This document shows, piece after piece, positions 20,876 through 27,901 of a stretch of DNA of 64,000 nt. Location of the stretch: assembly GCA_003252385.1 (NCBI GenBank), contig QKEH01000133.1:448-64447 (forward strand), in the 5' to 3' direction. The translations under genes were made by a program, and so were the position numbers. Below the pieces are notes generated by a model. That model had not been told where the DNA came from and searched no databases. It saw only the letters and a list, made by a program, of their open reading frames with translations. This stretch comes from Bacteroidota bacterium. Lineage in GTDB: Bacteria; Bacteroidota; Bacteroidia; Bacteroidales; UBA10428. How positions within the stretch are numbered: the stretch's first letter is position 1; the number at the start of each line of letters is the position of its first letter.

Positions 20876-21030
20876 ACTTCATCCAATAGGTTAATTCTAA
20901 TTGAGTAGTGTGAGTTTCTACGTAAGTATTCTACTTTTGTTATGAGCTAAACGCGAAATGGTGGACTGAATTGTTTATTGAAGCAGCTTGATGGATTGAA
21001 AACTAAATTATTTTAAGAGAATTTAAACCA

Positions 21031-21828
21031 ATGAAAACATTTGTCTTGGTGGAAAACATACAGAATTACAGTATATTAGAAGCATCAATACGAGAAATTG
21101 CTGCCGAACTTTGGAGTAAAGGCTGGTCCGAAAAAAGTGCCAGTAATTTTTCAATTCAACTGGTGCTGAACGAAAATGCCGGGCAGCCCGGGAAAGAATG
21201 GGGGCTGGATGATCCCGTGCCCCACATAGCGGGCAGGTATTTTTATATAACCTCAACCGGATCGCGAATGATTGATGTTTCGCAAAAGCCAACCGAATAC
21301 GGGGTGGTTATTGGCATCAACGAGAGTGGAACGGCATACCGTATGGTATACACCCCCCATGAATCCGTGCGGCCCAGTTCGGAGTTGATGTCGCATCTGT
21401 TGGTACACGACCTGGTTGCCAGCAGGGGTGGTCGCGAAAAAGTGGTGCTGCACACCCATGCCACCGAGTTAATTGCAATTACCCACTACCGTGGAATTAC
21501 CGGAGCTGAGGATCTGAATAATTTGTTATGGAGCATGCAGCCCGGGACGATGTATTTCAATTCGAAAGGAGTGGGGTTTGTTCCCTATGTGTTGCCTGGT
21601 TCTGCCGAAATTGCGCGTATTACGCGCGATAGTTTTCAGGATCACGATATTGTAGTTTGGCAGAAGCATGGGGCATTTGCCATTGGAACCACGCTACAGG
21701 AGGCATTTGATGGAATTTGTATCGTGAGCAAATCGGCTCAAATCTGGATGCAGTGCCGTGCAGCAGGCTTTGATCCGGAAGGCTTGACAAAAGAGGAACT
21801 TGCTGAACTGCGTCAGGCGGTGAAATAG
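21031..21828 (+). CDS. rhaD: Rhamnulose-1-phosphate aldolase-like class II aldolase
   Basis: Collinear with my recollection of E. coli RhaD: LWSKGWSEKSASNFS (WLKGWDERNGGNLT), FYITSTGSRM, SSELMSHLLVH (TSELPAHFLSH), VVLHTHATELIAIT (VIMHCHATNLIALT), VSKSAQIW (AEKSAQVL). Confidence 0.7.
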   Translation: MKTFVLVENIQNYSILEASIREIAAELWSKGWSEKSASNFSIQLVLNENAGQPGKEWGLDDPVPHIAGRYFYITSTGSRMIDVSQKPTEYGVVIGINESGTAYRMVYTPHESVRPSSELMSHLLVHDLVASRGGREKVVLHTHATELIAITHYRGITGAEDLNNLLWSMQPGTMYFNSKGVGFVPYVLPGSAEIARITRDSFQDHDIVVWQKHGAFAIGTTLQEAFDGICIVSKSAQIWMQCRAAGFDPEGLTKEELAELRQAVK

Positions 21829-21902
21829 GTTGTTGAATGAGAAATGGATCGATTGGCATGAATATTTCCACGATTTGATGTTCAATAAGTGCAGAATATT
21901 TA

Positions 21903-21951
21903 GTATTCAGTAGTCGGTACCCAGTACCCAGTACCCAGTACCCAGTACTCA
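21903..21951. repeat. Heptanucleotide tandem array (GTACNNN)x7: four perfect GTACCCA units plus degenerate flanking units
   Basis: GTATTCA GTAGTCG GTACCCA GTACCCA GTACCCA GTACCCA GTACTCA. GTAC falls at 21917, 21924, 21931, 21938 and 21945. The array lies between the convergent genes rhaD and the cysteine desulfurase. Confidence 0.9.
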
Positions 21952-21981
21952 GGGCACCTTTTAACGTTTTACCTTGACCAT

Positions 21982-23475
21982 CTATTCCGCTTCCCCATAC
22001 ATTTCCAACCACCCGCTAATTCCCCGCCAGAGGCTGCTCACATTGGTGAAGCCTTTATTCTGAAGATAGTAGGTGGCAGCATACGACAGGTTGCCGTGCT
22101 GGCACACTAACAAAATAGGTTTATTTCGGGGTAAATCTTTCAGGTGGAGGTTCAGTTCGAAGAACGAGATGGCATGGGAATGGATCAGTCCACGGTATTT
22201 TTTTCGCAGGGCAGCAGGGCGTACATCAAGAATGTAGTTCATTTCACCTTTTAAATCTTCCAGAGTTAACTGTTTTGGGGTTACCAGGTTTACCGTGAGA
22301 GTTTGCTTCCGGGTTTGCTGGGCAAATATTCGGGAGGCGTAAAGGATATCACGCCGGTTGGTTTTATTTCCGAGGCTGATCCGGATACTTTCGCGGGCTT
22401 CCTGCTCGCTTAAACCGATAGCAGTTAGAACCTGTGAGGGCTTATTCTCAGGCATGCTGCAGGCCGAACCTGCCGATACAGCAATGCCACTGAAATCGAG
22501 TGCTGCCACCATCCCCGTGTTGTCGATTCCCGGAAAGGTCAGGTTTAGAGTATTGGGCAAACTGCCCTCCTGGGGGGTGTTCACCTGCATTTCGGGGTGG
22601 ATGAGCTGTAGCTTTTTCACTAGCTCGGCTCTTAGTCGGCCTATACGTTCCGTGGCATGGAGTAGTTGGTTTACCTGATCGCAGGCAGCACCAAAGCCCA
22701 CAATATTATGTACACTTTCCGTGCCGGCACGGAGACCGTCTTCCTGGTGCCCGCCATGTACCAAAGGGGTTATCGGACATCCATTTTTAACATACAGGGC
22801 GCCAATTCCTTTGGGACCATGAAGTTTGTGAGCCGAGAAAGTAGCATAATCCACACCTAGTTGTACCACGTCGATGGGGATCTTGCCGAGTGCCTGTGCA
22901 CAATCCGACATGAGCCATGCCCCATGACGGTGCGCTATTTCACTGATTGCAGCGATAGGCTGAATCGTGCCCAACTCATTATTGGCCAGCATACAACAAA
23001 CCAGGAAGGTGTTGGTGTCGATGAGTTTTTCCAGCTCATTGATGGCTATACGGCCCTGATGGTCAACCGGGCAGTATTTAACTTGTATTCCCTGTGTTTG
23101 CAGCCAGCGCAGCGTTTCCATAACCGAAGGGTGCTCAATGGGCGAAGCTACTATGGTACGCCGGTTGGGCGCACAATAAAGGCTTAATGATTTAAGCACC
23201 TGGTTGTTGGCTTCGGTGGCGCAACTGGTAAAGGTTATTTCAGCAGGCTGAGCACGTATGGATTGAGCCACTTTTTGTCTGGCTTCTTCTACCAGACGGG
23301 CTGCTTTCTGAGCTACCTCATAAAGCGAGGAGGGGTTACCGTAAGCGTGTTTAAGAGTGTGGTTCATACGTTGGCGAACGTACCTGCTCACCGCAGTGGT
23401 AGCGTTTGAGTCGAGATACACCCTGCGTTTGTGCCGGAATAACTGGCCTATCGATTTGAATTGTATCAGTTCCAT
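21982..23475 (-). CDS. Cysteine desulfurase (class V aminotransferase, NifS/IscS-like) fused to a C-terminal rhodanese domain
   Basis: YLDSNATT, PLP-lysine motif FSAHKLHGPKGIG and active-site loop SAGSACS. This is followed by about 100 aa of rhodanese (ILDVRP...ILLVCQHGNLSYAA...) with the catalytic Cys loop CQHGNLS. Confidence 0.85.
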   Translation of the reverse strand: MELIQFKSIGQLFRHKRRVYLDSNATTAVSRYVRQRMNHTLKHAYGNPSSLYEVAQKAARLVEEARQKVAQSIRAQPAEITFTSCATEANNQVLKSLSLYCAPNRRTIVASPIEHPSVMETLRWLQTQGIQVKYCPVDHQGRIAINELEKLIDTNTFLVCCMLANNELGTIQPIAAISEIAHRHGAWLMSDCAQALGKIPIDVVQLGVDYATFSAHKLHGPKGIGALYVKNGCPITPLVHGGHQEDGLRAGTESVHNIVGFGAACDQVNQLLHATERIGRLRAELVKKLQLIHPEMQVNTPQEGSLPNTLNLTFPGIDNTGMVAALDFSGIAVSAGSACSMPENKPSQVLTAIGLSEQEARESIRISLGNKTNRRDILYASRIFAQQTRKQTLTVNLVTPKQLTLEDLKGEMNYILDVRPAALRKKYRGLIHSHAISFFELNLHLKDLPRNKPILLVCQHGNLSYAATYYLQNKGFTNVSSLWRGISGWLEMYGEAE

Positions 23476-23534
23476 TTGCGAATCTTTTTGAGTTGATTTC
23501 TTAAGTTTGAATGCTTTGATATTCCGGGGATATA

Positions 23535-23562
23535 GTACCTGGTACAGAGTACTCTGTACAGG
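23535..23562. repeat. Second heptamer-phased GTAC array (GTACCTG GTACAGA GTACTCT GTACAGG)
   Basis: GTAC falls at 23535, 23542, 23549 and 23556 (period 7), 60 nt upstream of the cysteine desulfurase start. Confidence 0.85.
23542..23559. promoter_or_regulatory. Perfect 18-bp palindrome GTACAGAGTACTCTGTAC (candidate operator or RNA hairpin)
   Basis: The sequence is exactly self-complementary. It lies in the 149-nt gap between the C_GCAxxG_C_C gene and the cysteine desulfurase gene, with no T-run after it. Confidence 0.35.
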
Positions 23563-23624
23563 GATTGAGTGTGCCCGAGTTGATGCAACTTTCTAACCCG
23601 TTTTGGCTTGAACTGTATTTGGTA

Positions 23625-24440
23625 TCAGGCAGAGGCCAGCTGATCGATTAATTTTCCACAGCCGCCGTTGGCGATAAACTGGTGGTGATCGTGGATGGTA
23701 TTGAATTTTCTTCCGCAGATTTTCTCACAGCGGAGTTCGCCACCGGTAGTTTCCTTAAACCGAAGGAGAATACGGTTCACTTCCCGGTTGGAATACAGGT
23801 TGCGTTTGGGGTTTTCTTTTGCCAGCGACAAGGCTTTTTGATAGAGGGCAGCTGCCAGGGCACCGCAGCCGTTTCCGCTAAGCCCAAGGCCTCCGGCAAA
23901 GCCGGCAACTGCCTGGATTTCTTCGGGTGTACCGCCCATTTTCCGGATCACCTCGGAGGCGCAGTTGTTAATTTCTTCAGAGGCCAGAATGGGCTGCACC
24001 TGCATACCTTCCTGCACCTCACGTATAGCCTCGGGTGCCCAGTTGTCGGCCAGTTTAAAACAGGCCGCAGCGCGCAGGATCAGGTAACGAACCAGATGCC
24101 AGGGCTTGGTGAAATCGGCTCGCGAATAGTCGCGGCAGTTTACGCACCGGGTATGTTGGGCATAGGAGTCCAATAGGCGGCGCGAAGTGGCCAGGGTCAG
24201 CTCCGAGGCTTGTATCTGGTTGGGGTATTTCAGGTTAGCCGCCTTTCCGGCAGCCAGGGTCGATCCCCAAAGCATGCCACACTGTTCCCCGGCTCTCATC
24301 ATGCCTCCGGCAAGAACGACGATGGCTTGGTTTTCCACCGGGTTATCGTGGTTGAGTTCGTTATTTACACTGGCATACAAGGCGCCGGAACAGCCGTATT
24401 TGTGCATGGCCTTACGGGTGAATTTTTTATTGGTTTTCAT
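23625..24440 (-). CDS. Tandem-domain C_GCAxxG_C_C family (putative redox-active) protein
   Basis: Two copies of the family pattern. Copy 1: YGCSGALYASV ... GEQCGMLWGSTLAAG ... RCVNC. Copy 2: INNCASEVI ... GNGCGALAAALYQ ... RCEKIC ... GGCGKL. Confidence 0.65.
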   Translation of the reverse strand: MKTNKKFTRKAMHKYGCSGALYASVNNELNHDNPVENQAIVVLAGGMMRAGEQCGMLWGSTLAAGKAANLKYPNQIQASELTLATSRRLLDSYAQHTRCVNCRDYSRADFTKPWHLVRYLILRAAACFKLADNWAPEAIREVQEGMQVQPILASEEINNCASEVIRKMGGTPEEIQAVAGFAGGLGLSGNGCGALAAALYQKALSLAKENPKRNLYSNREVNRILLRFKETTGGELRCEKICGRKFNTIHDHHQFIANGGCGKLIDQLASA

Positions 24441-24685
24441 GGTTTTGTTTTTTGGTTCAAATGCCGGAATTCATGATTATAGATGTGATACGGTTTTGCC
24501 AGGTGTGGCTGGTTTTGGGAGGATGGGTGACCCTTCCTGCCGTTGAGGGACGTTTTCGTTGGAAAGATGGCATCGTCGAGAAGTTGGATAATGCCCATAA
24601 AGAGCCTGAAAATAAGGGTGACTACACCGAAGGCCAGGTAACACAATGCACAGGGAAGGTCAAAAAGGGTGTGGAGTGTTTTCAT
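24437..24685 (-). CDS. Small single-TM hypothetical protein
   Basis: Hydrophobic helix LPCALCYLAFGVVTLIFRLFMGII. Its TGA overlaps the ATG of the downstream gene (ATGA), suggesting translational coupling. An opposite-strand ORF of equal length exists, so the call is uncertain. Confidence 0.4.
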   Translation of the reverse strand: MKTLHTLFDLPCALCYLAFGVVTLIFRLFMGIIQLLDDAIFPTKTSLNGRKGHPSSQNQPHLAKPYHIYNHEFRHLNQKTKP

Positions 24686-24731
24686 GACTTGTGGTTTTAA
24701 AAGGGTATGAGGGTACGAGTTGCTTTGGGCA

Positions 24732-25238
24732 CTAGGGTTCTGCGCGGCTCAAAGTAGTTATGGTTAACACTTCAATAGTGTTGCCGGAACCCCGATAGGT
24801 GCTGCTATCCTTCAGAAAAACCTGAAGGGTGTCTGTGCGATAGTTCATCAGGTGGATCAGGCTGTTGCCTTCGGCCTGCAGCTCCCGGATATCGGGCATG
24901 GTGAGGCGGGCGTACAGTCGAAGGTTAACTGGTAACGAATCGGCTGGCCGCATTCCCAGTTGCAACTTTCCATTGTGGTAGCGGAGTTGCGGAAGTGAAT
25001 CGTAGGCTTGTGGGGTGGCCACTTCCACTTTACAGGGCTTACCTTTCCTGATTTCTACCTGCCAATGGGGCGAAATAACCACCCGGTCGAACTTTTCGGC
25101 ACTGATTTCGTGGTACTCCAGTATAGTTTGGGAAGCCACCAGGCTCCGTATATCTTTTTTCATCAGAAAAAGACCGGCTACCAGTGTGCCCAGAAGAATC
25201 AGGGCGGTGAAGGTCAGAAGTTTTATGCTTGTTTTCAT
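24732..25238 (-). CDS. Membrane-anchored DUF2807 (GIN-domain, putative adhesin-head) protein
   Basis: N-terminal anchor LLTFTALILLGTLVAGLFL, followed by the pattern F-RVVISPHWQVEIRKG..KVEVAT......NGKLQLGM....LTMPDIRELQAEGNSLI...TDTLQVFLKDSS..GSGNT that I associate with DUF2807. Confidence 0.5.
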   Translation of the reverse strand: MKTSIKLLTFTALILLGTLVAGLFLMKKDIRSLVASQTILEYHEISAEKFDRVVISPHWQVEIRKGKPCKVEVATPQAYDSLPQLRYHNGKLQLGMRPADSLPVNLRLYARLTMPDIRELQAEGNSLIHLMNYRTDTLQVFLKDSSTYRGSGNTIEVLTITTLSRAEP

Positions 25239-25301
25239 GGTTTTAGTGTTTCGTTTTTCTGGTCTTTACAATCAGCCGGGAAAGCCTTTTTCAGAAAGGG
25301 G

Positions 25302-25667
25302 TTATTCGTTCGGTTTATGTTCTGTATAGTAGTTTTTTAAATCGTCGAGATTCAATCCCAGGAGTTCCATTTGTTTAAAAATGTGGGGCAGTTCCTGGTT
25401 GATGAACTGATCTCTGCGCAGTGTGCGGGTGCGTTCGAGTCCGTCGTCGGTTACAAAATAGCCAATGCCGCGCTTATTATAAATAATGCCTTTGTCTTGC
25501 AAATAGGTAAAAGTTCTCATTACGGTATTGGGGTTTACTTCAATGTTTACAGCCATTTCGCGCACCGAAGGAATGCGGTCGCCCGGATGCCATTTCTGAA
25601 GAAGGATGTTCTCGCAGAAGAGTTCGGCAATTTGCAGATAAATGGCCTGTTGATCTTTAAATTCCAT
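25302..25667 (-). CDS. GntR-family transcriptional regulator, YtrA-like (short, winged HTH only)
   Basis: 121 aa from the Met at 25667: IYLQIAELFCENILLQKWHPGDRIPSVREMAVNIEVNPNTVMRTFTYLQDKGIIYNKRGIGYFV. The start lies 1 nt after the stop of the upstream membrane-protein gene. Confidence 0.85.
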   Translation of the reverse strand: MEFKDQQAIYLQIAELFCENILLQKWHPGDRIPSVREMAVNIEVNPNTVMRTFTYLQDKGIIYNKRGIGYFVTDDGLERTRTLRRDQFINQELPHIFKQMELLGLNLDDLKNYYTEHKPNE

Positions 25668-25668
25668 A

Positions 25669-26415
25669 TCAAACCTCCTGTTCTTTGAGTCCGAAGTAGG
25701 CAATGGCCCAGCAAAGTGGGGCCAGCAACCACCAGAACGCTTCCCGGAGTACCAGGCATAGCGGGTATGCCGACATGGTTCTGAAGTGCTCCATATTAGG
25801 TTCGCATTGAACGTTAAACTGATTTCGCATGAAAAAGTAAGCAATCAGGCCACACACGGCAGCAAAGAGAACCAGGGTGAGCAACGTTTTAGGGAAGGCA
25901 TATTTGCGAAAGTGGGCTGCTCCGGCCAAAAAAATACTTTGCAGAACGAGATACAGACGCATTCCCAACAAGGTAGAAGCACTGAAGGGGTGGAACGCTT
26001 CAAAGCGCAGGTGCGGATAAACAAGCCGGCCGGCCGAATTGGCAAACAGGGTATAGAGCCAGAATATCAGGGTGTAGCATACCAGCCAACCTATTGCGGT
26101 TAGTAGCCACATGCTAAAGAAGCGTTCGAAGGAGGATACCGGCAGGGTAAGGTAGCGGTAGCAGTGCAGCGAGTCGCAGGTCTCGCGGAATGCCAGGCTG
26201 CTGAAAATGAAACCACACAGAAACAGGGTGAAGTGGTAGCCACTGTAGTGTTCTATAACAGCCAGGTTAGGGTCGAAAACCGGATTGAGCAGTAGCCCAA
26301 CAAAAAAGAGGAAACCCAAGGTGATAATCAGGGTCATGAGTATGCCCCGGCGGCTGTTGCAAAGCTCCATTTTGAGTAGCAGGCCGAAGCGTTTTATGTT
26401 GAATACGTGTGTCAT
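25669..26415 (-). CDS. Polytopic membrane protein (about 6 TM, possible ABC-2-type permease partner)
   Basis: Six hydrophobic segments. It sits between the ABC ATPase and the GntR gene on the same strand. No diagnostic motif was seen. Confidence 0.6.
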   Translation of the reverse strand: MTHVFNIKRFGLLLKMELCNSRRGILMTLIITLGFLFFVGLLLNPVFDPNLAVIEHYSGYHFTLFLCGFIFSSLAFRETCDSLHCYRYLTLPVSSFERFFSMWLLTAIGWLVCYTLIFWLYTLFANSAGRLVYPHLRFEAFHPFSASTLLGMRLYLVLQSIFLAGAAHFRKYAFPKTLLTLVLFAAVCGLIAYFFMRNQFNVQCEPNMEHFRTMSAYPLCLVLREAFWWLLAPLCWAIAYFGLKEQEV

Positions 26416-26508
26416 GTTCTTTTAAAGTTTAATCGGTGCATTCGTTCTTTCAGATGGGTAGTGGTAGGTTTTGTTTTAATGGAACATAGTGCGAAAAAAT
26501 AATGGGTT

Positions 26509-27357
26509 CTATTCGATCCGGTGGGAATTGCGAAACAGATCGTTGAGTTTTTCCGGTGCGTGTATGGCGGCATTAAATAGTAGTTCGAGGTTGAGGTGGG
26601 TTTCATCGCCCCGGGTATTGGCTTTAACTACGGCATAGCCTCCCAGCGTGGTTTCGGAATAGATACTGTTCGTGTCGTTCAGTTGGGCTTGTTTCCCAAA
26701 GCTTAGCTTTTGGGTGATGGAGGCAGTGTCTTCATTAAAAATTATTTTCCCCTGATCGAGAATAATGATCGGGTCGATGAGGTGCTCCATATCGCGTACC
26801 TGATGGGTGGATATGATGAAGGTGCGTTCGTCGGTTAGGGCACGGGCAACAATTTTGCGAAAGAGGCTCTTGGAGGGAATGTCTAATCCGTTGGTAGGTT
26901 CGTCGAGCAGTAGTAGTTTGCAATTGGTGGCCAAACCAAATGCCAGCAGGAATATTTTCTTTTGACCGTACGACAGGCTCGAGAGCTTTTGTTTTTGGGA
27001 TAGATTAAATTCGGCCAGATACTCTTCGAAAGCTTGCCGGCTGAACCGGGGGTAAAAGGCACCGTAGTTGTTTACGAACTGTTTGCCACTCATGGCCGGC
27101 AGGAAGAATTCTTCGGTAACCAAATAGATTTCCTGCAGAAAATCGGGGTAGCGGTCGGCCGGGTTGAAACCGGCGATATTTACCACACCGGCTTTGGAGA
27201 ACAGCAGCCCGCTCATAATTTTCAGCAGCGACGACTTGCCGGCACCATTCCTGCCCAGCAGGCCATAAATATTTCCCGCCGAGGCTTGCAGGCTCAGTCC
27301 GTCGAAGAGCTTTTGTTTTCTGCTGTAGCTGAAGCTTAATTGATCGATTTGAATCAT
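26509..27357 (-). CDS. ABC transporter ATP-binding protein
   Basis: Walker A GLLGRNGAGKSSL, signature LSYGQKK, Walker B LLLLDEPTNGLD, H-loop STHQ. Confidence 0.9.
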   Translation of the reverse strand: MIQIDQLSFSYSRKQKLFDGLSLQASAGNIYGLLGRNGAGKSSLLKIMSGLLFSKAGVVNIAGFNPADRYPDFLQEIYLVTEEFFLPAMSGKQFVNNYGAFYPRFSRQAFEEYLAEFNLSQKQKLSSLSYGQKKIFLLAFGLATNCKLLLLDEPTNGLDIPSKSLFRKIVARALTDERTFIISTHQVRDMEHLIDPIIILDQGKIIFNEDTASITQKLSFGKQAQLNDTNSIYSETTLGGYAVVKANTRGDETHLNLELLFNAAIHAPEKLNDLFRNSHRIE

Positions 27358-27372
27358 TGGATGGAGTATTTT

Positions 27373-27396
27373 AGTGTACTACGATACTAATACACT
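27373..27396. promoter_or_regulatory. Imperfect palindrome AGTGTACTA-N6-TAATACACT, a candidate YtrA/GntR operator
   Basis: 9-bp arms matching at 8 of 9 positions, 16-39 nt upstream of the ABC ATPase ATG (27357). It adjoins a one-mismatch -7 box (TACTATTG on the minus strand, 27398-27405). Confidence 0.4.
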
Positions 27397-27901
27397 GCAA
27401 TAGTAAAGCTTATTTAAATTCTGTGCAAGGGATATTGATTTTTTTTGATGAAAGAATGGAACTCAAAGCCGGAACTGAAAACAAAAAGTTAGACGGTTAG
27501 GAGGAGAAGGTTTAACCAGGTAAAAGGATCAACTTTAATACATCCTGTGAATGGTAACCTTTTTTGGTTACCCGGGCAGAAAAGAATACTATTAGCACCA
27601 GTTATTGCTCTTGTGGTCAGGGTACCTGTTTATAACTTCACCATGTCAGAACGAAATATCATACAGGCAATGGCTAATTTTAAACAGTCCGGTTAGAGTA
27701 ACCTGTAGCGGGTTGGGCAGCGGCACCGGTTGTAAGGCCAGGGGAATAAATGGAAATAACGGGCTATTTTTTTGGAAGTCGGAAGTTTAGGGCAATAGCA
27801 GTAAAAAAATATTTCTGAACGATGAGAGTTGCCGCCGCCGCATCTACCTGGAAGTACTATTTTGCAATGACACTTAGTAGTAATTTTAAAACCATATCAC
27901 T

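Noticed and set aside
26412-26606. 64-aa ORF bridging the ABC ATPase and the membrane-protein gene.
   Set aside because: It mostly overlaps the 3' end of the ABC ATPase gene in another frame, and its Thr/His-rich sequence lacks features.
27605-27790. 61-aa ORF in the 540-bp region upstream of the LRR gene.
   Set aside because: No start context and no motifs. The region is more likely promoter or leader DNA.
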